Shown here piece by piece: positions 36,882-48,221 of a stretch of DNA of 64,000 bases. The stretch lies in the NCBI GenBank assembly GCA_963765895.1, contig CAVXZB010000024.1:160001-224000 (forward strand). Direction: 5' to 3'. Numbering within the stretch: position 1 is the first letter of the stretch; each line of letters begins with the position of its first letter. Source of the DNA: an uncultured Nitrososphaeraceae archaeon. Its GTDB lineage: Archaea > Thermoproteota > Nitrososphaeria > Nitrososphaerales > Nitrososphaeraceae. A program made the position numbers and the translations under genes. The notes beneath the pieces are model-generated. The model saw only the letters and a list, made by a program, of their open reading frames with translations. It made no database searches and was not told the origin of the DNA.

Positions 36882-38066
36882 TTGAAAGTTTCAGAAAGAA
36901 CAAGTGGTGTAGAATATGCAATTCGTGATATCATCCTACATGCCAAAAGTTATGAGGAATCCGGAAAGGAAATAATATACCTTAACATCGGAGATCCCGT
37001 TAGGTTTGATTTCAAAACTCCAGATCACATCAAAAGAGCACTAATAGATGCTGTAAATAATGAAGAAAATTACTATGCTGAATCAGAAGGCCTTCCAGAA
37101 CTCAAAAGGGCAGTTGTTGAAAAAGAAAATGAAAAGGGGTTAGCAGTAGTAGAAGACGATGTCATTATCTCTAATGGTGTTTCTGAGGGGCTAGATATGG
37201 TAATGGCATCAGTCATAGATCCCAATAGTGAAGTGCTTATGCCAGGACCATATTATCCCCCCTACGCATCTTATGTCAAGTTCTATGGAGGAAGACCTAT
37301 CGAATTTGAGTTGCATCAAAATGGGGGGATTGATGTTGAAGACATAGTCTCAAAAATTACACCGAAGTCGAGGGCAATATGTATTATCAATCCGAATAAT
37401 CCTACTGGCGAAGTCTTTGACAGGAAGAATTTGCAAAAGGTAATTGATCTAGCGGCCGAATATGATCTTTACTTAATATGCGATGAAATTTATGATAAAA
37501 TAATATTCGACGAACAATTTGTGGGTATTGGGAGAGTCTCAAAAGATGCTCCGGTAATTTTATTGAATGGCTTTTCGAAGTCTTACCTAATGACTGGATG
37601 GCGTTGTGGTTATATTTGCTTGAACAGTGATTCAAAACGCCTTGAATTATTACGAACAAATATCCCCAAATTGGCTAGAGTTCGGATAGCTTCTAACCTG
37701 CCTGTTCAAGTTGCAGCGGTGCAGGCTTTGCGTGGGCCGCAAGATCATATAAACATCATGGTCGAGAAGCTCAAACGAAGGCGAGATTATATAGTCAGAC
37801 GCTTGAACTCTATTAATGGAATAAGTTGCATTAGTCCTCGTGGTGCATTTTACGTATTCCCAGAGATCGATTTAGGACATAATTGGAAAAATGACAAGGA
37901 ATTTGTCTTAGACTTTTTTGATAATACCGGAGTTCTTACAGTAAATGGGTCAGGATTCGGTAGTAAATATGGGTCCAGTCATTTTAGAGCAGTTTATTTA
38001 CCTTCTGAAGATATTCTTGAAAAAGCCATGAATAAATTGGAATTATTTATGAAATCAACTGTCTAG
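36882..38066 (+). CDS. Class I/II PLP-dependent aminotransferase (Ala/Asp aminotransferase-like)
   Basis: LNIGDP, NPNNPTG, DEIY, GFSKSYLMTGWRCG. Confidence 0.93.
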   Translation: MKVSERTSGVEYAIRDIILHAKSYEESGKEIIYLNIGDPVRFDFKTPDHIKRALIDAVNNEENYYAESEGLPELKRAVVEKENEKGLAVVEDDVIISNGVSEGLDMVMASVIDPNSEVLMPGPYYPPYASYVKFYGGRPIEFELHQNGGIDVEDIVSKITPKSRAICIINPNNPTGEVFDRKNLQKVIDLAAEYDLYLICDEIYDKIIFDEQFVGIGRVSKDAPVILLNGFSKSYLMTGWRCGYICLNSDSKRLELLRTNIPKLARVRIASNLPVQVAAVQALRGPQDHINIMVEKLKRRRDYIVRRLNSINGISCISPRGAFYVFPEIDLGHNWKNDKEFVLDFFDNTGVLTVNGSGFGSKYGSSHFRAVYLPSEDILEKAMNKLELFMKSTV

Positions 38067-38292
38067 AGAATTTGATGCCATAATGTGTTTTCCTAAAATT
38101 GTATACCTCCTGGCCGATTGGTCAGATATACGTGCTGGCTTGAAATGCCAGATTTTGAAAGAGATACGCTAGAAAAGATTGATTGTCAGATAATAGCAAA
38201 CGGTTCTAATCAAATTAGCTCAATATGTCTGGATGAGATCTCTATTATACTAAGCCCTACCAAAAACAGTATATCAACAAGATCATCTAGGA

Positions 38293-39558
38293 TTATATCT
38301 CAATAACTTCTCCTGTTTCGGGCGCCCTTGCATCAAAACCGTATTTTTCATTAATTTCTTCTGCAAATCGTATACAGGAGATACCATCCCCGTGTACTGT
38401 CAATACTTTAGGAGTGCCTTCAATACGATCGAGGATCTCAAATAGTTCTGTTCTGCTATTGTGAGCAGAAAATTCAAACCGTTTTACGTCTGCTAGGCAT
38501 CTTTTTTCTTTACCATTAAACATAGTCACTCTTTTTTCCAGTAGTATTCTACCGGGTGTATTGTTTGCCTGGTAGGACACCAGCGCGACCCCGTTCCGCT
38601 CATCCTTTGCTATTTCCTGTAGGTAAAAAATTGCTGATCCTCCTACTAGCATACCTGCAGGAGATATGATAACACAAGGCTCTTTCACGACTTTTTTCCT
38701 TCTATTCCAGCCTCTCACCCATTCTGCTTCACCTATTGCCTGCTTGAACATATCAGGATTCCTTAGGAATGACGGATGTCTCAGCATAATTTCGTTAGCT
38801 TTGAGGGCCATCCCATCCATAACAATCTTATGATTAAAGTTATAGTTTTTTAAGACGATTGAAATCTCCTGAGCACGTTCAACAGAGAACGCAGGGATAA
38901 ACAATGTCCCGCGTCTTTCAATTACTTCGTTTGCAAATTCCACCAGATCCCTTTCGGATTGTTCTCGAGGAGTCTGTTCTGATTGCGAATATGTACTCTC
39001 TATAATTAATAGATCAATTTTTCCTATATCTAAATCGGCAGGTCTAAGCAGGTTTGTGCCTCTCGTGTTAATATCACCTGTATAAAAAATACGCTTAGCG
39101 TCAGATTCGGCTAGGATAGTTGCTCCTCCAAGTATATGGCCAGATTCATGCAGAGTTATCTTGAGATCGTTGTTTATAGAAATCGGTTCACGATATTGTA
39201 AAACCTTGGAATGGTCCATCATAGTCATTATATCAACGTACTCAAAAGGTAGATAGAATCCGGATATTTTTATCATATCTTCCAAAAGAAGTCTCGATAG
39301 TTCGAAAGTGGGAAGAGTCCCAATAGCCTGCAGACTAGTATTTTTTGATAAGAATAAAGATGGCACAAATCCTGAATGATCCAAATGGGCGTGTGAAATT
39401 ACGACCGCATCTATGTCTCTCGGCCTGACATGTACAGGAAAATTTGGTTCTCTCTTTAAAAGAACGCCATAGTCTAAGAGAACATTTGTATTATTAGTAG
39501 TAATGAGAAACGCAGAGCGGCCCACTTCCTTTGCTGCCCCTAGTACAGATACTTTCAT
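38293..39558 (-). CDS. Metallo-beta-lactamase beta-CASP ribonuclease (aCPSF-type)
   Basis: GAAKEVGRS, SHAHLDHSG, GHILG, YTGD, ESTY, FSAH, VHGD. Confidence 0.93.
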   Translation of the reverse strand: MKVSVLGAAKEVGRSAFLITTNNTNVLLDYGVLLKREPNFPVHVRPRDIDAVVISHAHLDHSGFVPSLFLSKNTSLQAIGTLPTFELSRLLLEDMIKISGFYLPFEYVDIMTMMDHSKVLQYREPISINNDLKITLHESGHILGGATILAESDAKRIFYTGDINTRGTNLLRPADLDIGKIDLLIIESTYSQSEQTPREQSERDLVEFANEVIERRGTLFIPAFSVERAQEISIVLKNYNFNHKIVMDGMALKANEIMLRHPSFLRNPDMFKQAIGEAEWVRGWNRRKKVVKEPCVIISPAGMLVGGSAIFYLQEIAKDERNGVALVSYQANNTPGRILLEKRVTMFNGKEKRCLADVKRFEFSAHNSRTELFEILDRIEGTPKVLTVHGDGISCIRFAEEINEKYGFDARAPETGEVIEI

Positions 39559-39652
39559 TATTTTGCACTACCGAGGTTCTGTAGATTATGCCATACCCTG
39601 GCGGTACAGATAATAGAGATTAGAGAACAAGTGTATGCTTAGGTAAGGCAAA

Positions 39653-40549
39653 TTAGCTATTGTCAAAATAAATCTCCCAGAGACGTTCTCCGCAAGAAGT
39701 AGGATCACCCGTTCTCTCTAGATATCTAAACCCGCATTCGTCTAGCACGTCCTCAAAGTCATATCGGTTGCTCAACAATTTACATTCTTCGTTAATACTT
39801 CGTTTTAGTGCCTTCACTATAACCTCAGACTTTTTCTCGTTGCTGCAATATATATACCATAGATTATGGGCTCTTCGCATACTTGAAAGCTTGAGATGCG
39901 TTTCCAACGGAATCTTCGTATAATAACGATTCATTATTTCATAATTGACGTCGTCCCACGATGGAGTACGCCAGTACGCAATCCTTTTGTAGCCATGACC
40001 ATCATATTCTGCGGCAAGACTGAGTCCTTGGTCTAATGTTGTAATCACGATCTCAGACCTAAGCTTGACTGCATCTCTAAAATCCACCCCAGGATCCATC
40101 CAGCCAACAAAAATGACATCGAAGTCTTGTTCGATACTCCACTGTGCGTCTGCAATCTTAATGAAATTAGGTTTTTTAATCTCGCACTCATAAAAAATTT
40201 CTGAATTTTTTTCTATGCCAATTGCGTTTGGAATATACTGTCTTATCCTCTTTAAGAAGTCTCCGTAACCACATCCCACGTCCAAATATGATGGATCGTT
40301 TGAAATCGAATATGCTATTGAAACTACACGCAAGACATCAATTTTTCTATATGAAAAATAAGTCCCGCACAGAAAGGGAAAACTATAGCGTTCGTGATGC
40401 CTTGATATTGAATGCGTTCTATAAAGCTTTAGGGAATTTATTCCTTCCTTTAATGCGTGACAGCTATACGACATTATACATATGTTCTCCAAACATCCTA
40501 AGAACCATATTAATCTACAGCAGTCAGATGTTATTTTATTATGAAGCAT
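39653..40549 (-). CDS. Class I SAM-dependent methyltransferase-like protein
   Basis: YLDVGCGYG motif I, IGIE, IADA; real start probably downstream (MSYSCH). Confidence 0.75.
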   Translation of the reverse strand: MLHNKITSDCCRLIWFLGCLENICIMSYSCHALKEGINSLKLYRTHSISRHHERYSFPFLCGTYFSYRKIDVLRVVSIAYSISNDPSYLDVGCGYGDFLKRIRQYIPNAIGIEKNSEIFYECEIKKPNFIKIADAQWSIEQDFDVIFVGWMDPGVDFRDAVKLRSEIVITTLDQGLSLAAEYDGHGYKRIAYWRTPSWDDVNYEIMNRYYTKIPLETHLKLSSMRRAHNLWYIYCSNEKKSEVIVKALKRSINEECKLLSNRYDFEDVLDECGFRYLERTGDPTSCGERLWEIYFDNS

Positions 40550-40786
40550 ACCATTTGAAAATGGCTTATAGCCGCATTACTCAGCATACGATAGTACTTC
40601 CTCTGTTGCAATACAGTTTGCGAATATCACAGGATGTATACTTATCTAGCTCACCAGATCTACTCCAACTTTGGGACAATGGATGTATGGCGGTTTAGAA
40701 CACCTTCGCCTTCTGGTTTAATTCCAATTAGTATGGTAATAAACCGGATAGAATTTAATAGGCACAATTTCTTGCCGTTCCTATAG

Positions 40787-41833
40787 ATGGATATTCAAGA
40801 GCGCATAGATTTGATTACGAGGTCTCCAACTGAGGAGGTCGTTAGGACGGAAGAACTTGAAGATTTATTTGAAGTCACTTCCTCTCCCAGACATTATATT
40901 GGACTAGAAATTTCTGGTAAACTGCATCTTGGAAGTTTAGTATTAACTGGTTTCAAGATTAATGATTTTATTAAGGCTAAAGTTAAGGCGATGGTGTTTC
41001 TTGCCGACTGGCACAGCTACATAAATAATAAGCTTGGCGGAAATTGGGAAAAAATTGAGATAATGGGGAAATACTACGCTGACGCATTTAATTTTTTTTG
41101 TCCAGGTGTTCAGATCGTAACAGGCAGTGAGCTTTACTCGAAATGCGGAGTCGATTATTGTCTAGACCTCATTAGATTCAGCAAACACTTGACTTTGGCA
41201 CGGGCAACTCGATCACTAACAATCATGGGAAGGACCGAGAAAGATGCCCTCGATCTATCTCAGTTACTGTATCCCCCTATGCAGTCAGCTGATATCAAAG
41301 CCCTTGATATAGATATAGTTCATGCTGGAATGGATCAAAGGAAAATCCATATGCTTGTAAGGGAAGTCTTCCCTAAACTTAATTGGAAAGTGCCAGTCAT
41401 GGTACACCATCATCTGTTACCAGGTCTATCCGAGCCAGCCATGCTTGGACAAACTGATTCATTAGAGGAAAGATATATTTGCAGTAAAATGAGCAAGAGC
41501 AATCCATCTAGCGGGATCGCAATTCACGACGATGAAAAGACAATTCATGAAAAAATTCGTAAGGCATATTGTCCTATTGACACTAGTGAAGACAATCCGG
41601 TTCTCGAATTGGTTAATTATGTAATCTTCCATGAATTTTCGCACTTTACTATCGAACGTTCATCAAAACATGGTGGAAATATCACTTATTATAACCAGAA
41701 CGATGTCACAAAAGACTTTCTGATGAAAAAAATTCATCCTATGGATTTGAAGAACGCAGTAGCTGTGCACATTAATAGAATAGTTGAGCCGATAAGAAAC
41801 CATTTTGAAGGTAGGGAACCTGAATTTAGCTAG
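40787..41833 (+). CDS. tyrS: Tyrosyl-tRNA synthetase
   Basis: YIGLEISGKLHLGS, LYPPMQSADI, AGMDQRKIH, KMSKS, IHPMDLK. Confidence 0.96.
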   Translation: MDIQERIDLITRSPTEEVVRTEELEDLFEVTSSPRHYIGLEISGKLHLGSLVLTGFKINDFIKAKVKAMVFLADWHSYINNKLGGNWEKIEIMGKYYADAFNFFCPGVQIVTGSELYSKCGVDYCLDLIRFSKHLTLARATRSLTIMGRTEKDALDLSQLLYPPMQSADIKALDIDIVHAGMDQRKIHMLVREVFPKLNWKVPVMVHHHLLPGLSEPAMLGQTDSLEERYICSKMSKSNPSSGIAIHDDEKTIHEKIRKAYCPIDTSEDNPVLELVNYVIFHEFSHFTIERSSKHGGNITYYNQNDVTKDFLMKKIHPMDLKNAVAVHINRIVEPIRNHFEGREPEFS

Positions 41834-42233
41834 TTAATAAGTAAAATTTTGCCTATTCTAGATAGAAACTTGTTAGTCTGAATGATATCAGAGATTTCAT
41901 ACCTTTCTCTGTATTTTTAGATGTCGTTGGTTGCAATGGTCGCTTGTTATGGTTTGATTTAAGACGTATGGAGTGGTGTGCCATCATAAGGAGATCCCGC
42001 CTAATAGATATAGGTCAAATAGTACATATCAAGCTCTTGCAGAACCTATCCTGGAGTAAATCAAATCTTCAACATCTCCGCGATTTCGCTATATTTTTTT
42101 TACGTACCCGGAAAGCAGTTTTATTATTGAAAGATTGAGGATTACGGACATGGAACTTGTATATGAAAGAATGTTTCATACCTTTCAGCTAGGAAAGTAT
42201 ACATTATAAATCATGATATATATTTATTTAATA

Positions 42234-43780
42234 ATGAAAGAGCTACTGAATCTAGGTGTTAGGAAATCACTTTAGAACGTCAAGTAGTAAAACAAGTAGA
42301 ATTAGATAGAAAAAGATGGTTAGTACGATATCTATTATTGGGTTCAGTTGCGATTGTACTTGCACTTAAAGTGTACTTGTTGTTATTTGTGATGGATTTT
42401 ACATTAGGTATCTATAGTTTCTTTTCGAGCTTCGTTCTCTTTAATATCTTGCTTTTTGCCTACACTAGATATAAAGATCCATACATCGATGCTGCGAATA
42501 TTCCTATAAATTCCTCGAATTTGAATAGTCTTCCGTTTTTTTCAATTGTAGTTCCGGTTAAAAATGAGGAGGAGAACATTAGAAACTGCGTACAATCTTG
42601 TATAAACCAATCATATCCAAAGAAGGAAATTATCATAGTCAATGATGGTAGCACGGATCGAACTGCGGAGGTACTTGACGACATGAGACGGGAAGAGAAA
42701 GCGAAAAATCATGATAACCAACAATTGCGCATTCTTCACTTATCAAGGAGTGTTGGAAAGAAAAAGGCTATAGAATTCGCCAGTCAAATATCCAAAGGTG
42801 AAATTTATGCTTTTATGGATAGCGATTGTGACATGGCGTATGACGCAGTAGAAAAGGCCGCGAAGATCTTTATTTCTGATAAACAACTCGGGGCACTGAC
42901 CTCACATGGTAGGGTCAGGGGCGCGCACTCTGGTAACATATTGGAAAAATTTCAGGACGTATATATTGACGGCTCATGCAGAGCGATAAAAGCAGAAGAA
43001 AGCTCATTTTCTTCAGTTACCTGCTGCTCAGGGTCTCTCAGCTTCTATAAGAGAGAAGCCGTTCAACATTTTATCCACGAATGGGCGCATGACACATTTC
43101 TCGGAATGGATTTTAAATTCTGTACTGACCGACGTATGACGGCATATGTCCTTGGGACAAGGCCTAGAATGCATGAGAACAATACTGATGCAACATTAGC
43201 TACGAGAACGACTGACGACGTGGATCATGGACGAAGTGCTCAGGCTGATATTCCGATTCTAGCTGTAGGAAACGATGCAATAGAGTTATTGGAAAAGACT
43301 ACAGACCCAGATCGGGATTATGATAAACGTTCTTCTCCTCCGCGTTGGAACGTCAAGTATAGCTATAGTATAAAGGTAAACGTAGGAGTACCCAACAGAG
43401 TCTCAGATCTCATAAAACAGCAAATTAGATGGAAAAAGAGTTTTATTCGAAGCCTGTCCTCTACCGGAGGAATGTACTGGAGTCGCCCATTTTATGTTGC
43501 TATGCTTTATTATATACAAACAGCTATGAAATTTATTCGCCCCTACATAGTGCTACATGCATTACTAGTTCTGCCCTTCGAAGGAGATTTTAGATCTACG
43601 ATTTTATGGGTAATGGGTATAATGTATACCGGCATGATTTATGCTGTAGATTTCAGGCTACGTAACCCAGGCGACAGGCTTTGGTTATATCGGCCAGTAT
43701 TCACTTTTCTCACTACTTTCGTCTACACATGGTTGCTTCCAGTAGCTGCTATGACACTAAGAAATAAATCATGGCGATAG
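42234..43780 (+). CDS. Processive GT2 synthase (hyaluronan synthase/NodC-like)
   Basis: N-terminal TMs, VNDGS, GKKKA, DSD, CCSGSLS, TDRRMT, QQIRWKKS, C-terminal TMs ending SWR; ATG 42234 joins ORF 42338..43780 with one indel near 42271. Confidence 0.85.
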
Positions 43781-43970
43781 ATAAACTACACGTTCGCTAT
43801 ACCCTAGACTTCATATGTAAAATGGATAAGTAAAATAGGATAACGAAATATGGCAATTGCACTTGGGAACTAATGTGGCTTACCCATCAACTGAATAACA
43901 TTTTTCTACAAGAGCCTGGTATAATTAGCGTCTCGTCTTAGGAGGACAATCTAAATACTTATAATCCATA

Positions 43971-44450
43971 TTGGTCTGTATTTCTGTGATGTTATGCAAA
44001 TCTAGCCTGATAAAGCTAACACTAGGGTTTTTTGTAGTATCTATATTGTCATTCCTTTTCGTCTCTCATCCACCGACAGCATATGGACAGAGTGCTGCAC
44101 TTGTGAAGCCTACGACTGGTGGTAGTCTGAAGGTTAAGATCGAGCCTACTCCAATAATCATCAAGGTAAATACGCCAACAAAATTTAAAGTAACATTCTC
44201 CAAATCAGCAGGAAATGCTCAGCCACATATTGATTATGATTTTCTTATTACAAAGAACGGCAAAGGTGTTTTCTCAGCATCTTCTTCAACGGGTCAAACG
44301 GGGGTCCCGCTACACACTGCTGAGGGTATTGTAACTATACCTTATGTATTTCATTCATCAGGTAATTACCTATTAACAGTAAAGGTGTTCGGTATACTTT
44401 TTAATCCTATTAGACCGGAATCTGCGGATTTTCCGATCAAGGTAACCTAG
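43971..44450 (+). CDS. Secreted Ig-like protein
   Basis: Signal peptide ending AYG-Q; QPHIDYD, LHTAEG, GILFNPI motifs typical of thaumarchaeal exported proteins. Confidence 0.7.
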   Translation: MVCISVMLCKSSLIKLTLGFFVVSILSFLFVSHPPTAYGQSAALVKPTTGGSLKVKIEPTPIIIKVNTPTKFKVTFSKSAGNAQPHIDYDFLITKNGKGVFSASSSTGQTGVPLHTAEGIVTIPYVFHSSGNYLLTVKVFGILFNPIRPESADFPIKVT

Positions 44451-44600
44451 TATACCAACGGTCTCGTGTCGAGTACACGATCACTGAAATAGGAGCCAAC
44501 ATTCTGCATTAACTAACCCTGTCTCGAAATCGAAAATGATACAATGAGGATATGAAGAGAAAAGACGAAGACGGAAAATGGATATTTTAATCAAAGATTA

Positions 44601-45080
44601 TTACATATTAGACAAGAATTGTCTGTGTTGTTGTTCTGCGGATGAAAAGAAGGAATTCCAGGCTTTCATAACATTATTATTGTACTCTGTGACAGTATCG
44701 ATTGTCCTATTGCAGACCTTTAAGTTCTCTCTAAAGGTATCAAGACTATTAATCAGGAGTTGATTGTTAACGTCAACTGCCCTGATCGTGCCATTAGTAA
44801 TCTGATTAGACTGATTTACCAATTGCTCCGCGTATGGACCAGAGGAGTGGATTGACCAATTGTTTCCTAGAAGCTGTTTTTGAGCAGATACTGTAGTTTG
44901 AATAATATTTTTTGCGGTCTGGATATAATCAAGCTGAAGATTAGAAACAGACTGATAATATTGAGGTTGAGCCTTCGCCATTTCGTCTACTGTTCTCAGT
45001 AAATTTTCCTTGACAGAATCGTAAATATTCAGACCTTTAGAGGTGATTGTATTTTCCTCTGTTGGTTTATAATCTACCAT
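44601..45080 (-). CDS. Gln/Asn-rich helical protein (phasin-like)
   Basis: Amphipathic helical pattern PQYYQSVSNLQLDY...YNNNVMKAWNSFF. Confidence 0.6.
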   Translation of the reverse strand: MVDYKPTEENTITSKGLNIYDSVKENLLRTVDEMAKAQPQYYQSVSNLQLDYIQTAKNIIQTTVSAQKQLLGNNWSIHSSGPYAEQLVNQSNQITNGTIRAVDVNNQLLINSLDTFRENLKVCNRTIDTVTEYNNNVMKAWNSFFSSAEQQHRQFLSNM

Positions 45081-45773
45081 AGAACTATTTAGCTGTAGTT
45101 CTATATAAATATTGGTAATCAATACCATTGTTTACCGAATAAAACCGTAGGATTATCTATAGCATACCCTCTAAATTGCATATTTTTAAGGACATCTACT
45201 TTATGAGAATATCTATATGTGGTAACACGGGGAGTTAATATACACGAATCTTTGATCAGAGGCAGGAAGATTTTCTAGCCAACTGGGTTTGATTAACTTG
45301 AGAAGATATAATTCTAGCTATTGCAATATTTGCTTAATCTTTCAGTACGATTTAGAATTCCACAATCTAAGGATTAGCAATCTTTCACAAAAATAGCATT
45401 GTCTAGAATTAGAACCCATGCCAAAAATAGATAGACATCTAGCTTGTGAGGGTTTTGCTCATAAGTGCGGCTTATGATAAAGTCAAATATCTTCCAATTG
45501 TCAAAAGAATCTCTGATGCGTTATGGAATGAGGCCAGGTTGTTGATACTTCCATCAGAAAAACCAAATAATTCCATAGGACGTCCAGCAGCAGTATGATG
45601 GCTAAAGTAGGAATTCAATAGAGAGGCAACCACTTGATAGTAGTAGTATTCGGTAAAGGCATCTCTAGGCAGAAATGACTGATTGGACCTAATCCTACAG
45701 ACAAATGTAAGTTAGTTAGGAACAAAATGTCCTCCTGTATTAATAACCGATGGACAAGGTATTTCCATTATCT

Positions 45774-45808
45774 GTTATTGTTATTATTATTGTTATTATT
45801 ATTATTAT
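45774..45808. repeat. (TTA/TTG)n microsatellite inside the IS remnant
   Basis: gttattgttattattattgttattattattattat. Confidence 0.85.
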
Positions 45809-45929
45809 AACTGGGGCTAATACGCATAATGATATGAAAGGCAGCAATAAACACGCTGGAAAATAATACCGTAGTTAAAAGACCATCGTCTAGGACATAT
45901 AAAGAAAAACAGAATCTTTATCTATCTTG

Positions 45930-46022
45930 ATAAAGGATATGACTTTCAAACGATCGTAGTATACGAACCAATAAAGGATATGACTTTCAAACGATCGTAG
46001 TATACGAACCAATAAAGGATAT
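45930..46022. repeat. 41-bp perfect tandem duplication (about 2.3 copies)
   Basis: ATAAAGGATATGACTTTCAAACGATCGTAGTATACGAACCA at 45930 and 45971, plus ATAAAGGATAT at 46012. Confidence 0.95.
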
Positions 46023-46315
46023 CTATCACATATTTGACATAGAGGAGAACAATCAGTTATAAAGATTAATGGTTGTAATAATCATCGTCATCATACTAAA
46101 AGAAGATGGGTTGTAGAAACAACTAACTCTTGGCATAACAGGTTCAGAAAACTTTTAGTTGGGTATGAGAAGAAGTTAGGAGGCTATTTTGCCTTAGTAG
46201 TAGTATATTTAGGCTCTATTATTATCTATAGGAGGATAATTTTAGGATAGGCTCTTAGATATACATGAGCCACTGACGACAACATACTACATCTACTGGT
46301 TTCAAGCATATTCGC

Positions 46316-46771
46316 CTAGCTTCTTTTCATTCGAGAATCTTCTTTTATAGTCCGTATAAACTCTTCCAATTTCTTTAGACTTTCAGGATGCAGGTGATGC
46401 TCAATTCCCTCCGCATCCCGATTGGCTATATCAACAGTTACACCGATCATTTTGAAGAATTCTGCAAGAAGGCCATGTCGTTCCCTAATGCTCTCTGCAA
46501 CTTTTATACCCTCGTTAGTTAGGCTTATGCCTCTATATTTTTCATATTTTAGGTGCCCACTCTCCCCTAGCCTTTGTACCATTTTTGTAACGCTTGGAGA
46601 GCTTACGTTAAGGTATTTGGATATTTCAATAGTTGTTGCATATCCTTTTTGCTGAATTAGCTCAAATATTACTTCTAGATAATCTTCCATTCTATCTGTT
46701 CTATCTTCTTTTTTTGAGTTATTAGCGTCACGAATTGATTCTAATCTAGTTCCTTTAGTCGTAGGCTCCAT
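46316..46771 (-). CDS. mntR: DtxR/MntR-family metal-dependent transcriptional regulator
   Basis: EDYLEVI, LNVSSPSVTKMVQRL, YEKYRGISLT, RHGLLAEFF, DAEGIEHHL. Confidence 0.92.
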   Translation of the reverse strand: MEPTTKGTRLESIRDANNSKKEDRTDRMEDYLEVIFELIQQKGYATTIEISKYLNVSSPSVTKMVQRLGESGHLKYEKYRGISLTNEGIKVAESIRERHGLLAEFFKMIGVTVDIANRDAEGIEHHLHPESLKKLEEFIRTIKEDSRMKRS

Positions 46772-47237
46772 GCATATCCCAGTGATACATCATACAATAG
46801 GTACATTCCTAATTATGCTTTTACTAAGCCGTGTTAAACGATAATTATACAATGATTTTGCTCGACCCGCTCCATTTGTAATTTATATGCTTTTTTTATA
46901 TTCTATAACACCGATATCAGGAGTGGATCCACTGCTTCTTATTCTCAGAGATAGTTCATGTCATTTAGCACAGAAAGAATTTCATATAATCAATATAACG
47001 CCCGATATTTGTACCAGTGATAAGATATGATTTGGGAGAAGTGATAATTAACTGATCTGCTGATGTGAATTATTAGAGTAGGGCCACACCAGAAGCTTTG
47101 TATACCGACTATATTTTATAAGCTTGAGATTAAATGAAATATACCAATTCTGGAGGTTAATTATTTAGTAACGCTTTCTGGCCTAGAACAATAAACCCCA
47201 TTCAACTATGCTTTGCCAGAGATGATATGGTTGTCGG

Positions 47238-48221
47238 TTAGTTCCCGCAACTATCTTGTTTAATATGACCTATGAAGGATTCAAGATCTGCTGTTGCAAG
47301 GCAACATACTTTATCTCCTGCGCCGTAGTAAACAAACAACCGTCCGTCCAACACACATCCACCGGTGGGAAATACCACATTGTTAACATCTCCGTATAAT
47401 TCATACGATTCCATTGGTTGCAATATTGGTCTCCTAGTCCTAGCAAGTATCTTGTTTGGTCTATTCAAATCCAGAAGCGCGGCACCGGCTCTATAAACTT
47501 TATCATTACTTACTCCATGATAGATAACTAACCAACCATATCTCGTTTTGATCGGTGGTGGCCCTGCTCCGACCTTTAATTCCTCCCAGTCTGACTTAGG
47601 ACTTATAAGGAGAGTGTATTTGCTACGGGCCATCAAAGAGTTCCCTTCCCCAAGCCAGATACTCGGTCTATCTACTCCATAATCCTTTCCAACCCATCGA
47701 CTTGGTCTATGTAACGAAAAATACTTATTTGTTCCTTTTCCACTTATTGAATGTGCATCAAATTTATGTGGGAAGAAAACAACATCTTTGTCGTCATCGG
47801 TTTGTTTTGTTATGGTACCTAATCTGGTAAAAACACGATAATCACTCGTCGTAGCTAATGCTGTTAAAGTCTCTGGACCTTCGCGTACATACTTGGAAGG
47901 AACTACATAAACAAGGTAATCCCTCTGACCAATCTTTACTAAACGAGGATCTTCTATACCGAATCTCTCGTATTGGACATTAGGAGAAATAGCAACCTCA
48001 TTACGTCTAACAAACGTATAGCCATCAGTGCTGGAAGCATATCCTACTCTTGAAATATAGTCTTCATATTCGCCAATAGCACGATACAACATATGAATTC
48101 TAATCCCGTCATATAATACTCCGCAGTTAAAAACTGCCTTGGATTCCCACCAGTTATTATTATCAGGACTCAAAATCGGATTTTTACTATACCTCTTTAG
48201 GACCATCTCGTTTGCAGACAA
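47238..48221 (-). CDS. GH130 glycoside hydrolase/phosphorylase (DUF377)
   Basis: NPIL, VFNCG, MLYRA, GIEDPR, DKD, GAGPPPI, YHGV, VVFPTG, YYGAGD. Confidence 0.92.
   Translation of the reverse strand: MSANEMVLKRYSKNPILSPDNNNWWESKAVFNCGVLYDGIRIHMLYRAIGEYEDYISRVGYASSTDGYTFVRRNEVAISPNVQYERFGIEDPRLVKIGQRDYLVYVVPSKYVREGPETLTALATTSDYRVFTRLGTITKQTDDDKDVVFFPHKFDAHSISGKGTNKYFSLHRPSRWVGKDYGVDRPSIWLGEGNSLMARSKYTLLISPKSDWEELKVGAGPPPIKTRYGWLVIYHGVSNDKVYRAGAALLDLNRPNKILARTRRPILQPMESYELYGDVNNVVFPTGGCVLDGRLFVYYGAGDKVCCLATADLESFIGHIKQDSCGN

Larger units (their letters stand above)
45412..46254 (+). mobile_element. Decayed IS5-family insertion sequence (transposase pseudogene)
   Basis: Fragments ISDALWNE..LPSEKPNNSIGRP, GPNPTD, TGANTH, LDKGYDF, RRWVVETTNSWHNRFRKL; imperfect IRs GAACCCATGCCAAAAAT / GAGCCTATCCTAAAAT flanked by TTA on both sides. 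Confidence 0.8.

Noticed and set aside
40222-40698. 158-aa plus-strand ORF
   Set aside because: Overlaps the methyltransferase antisense and has no recognisable motifs
45930-46022. 41-bp repeats as a CRISPR array
   Set aside because: Copies abut with no unique spacers, lie inside a transposase remnant, and there are no cas genes
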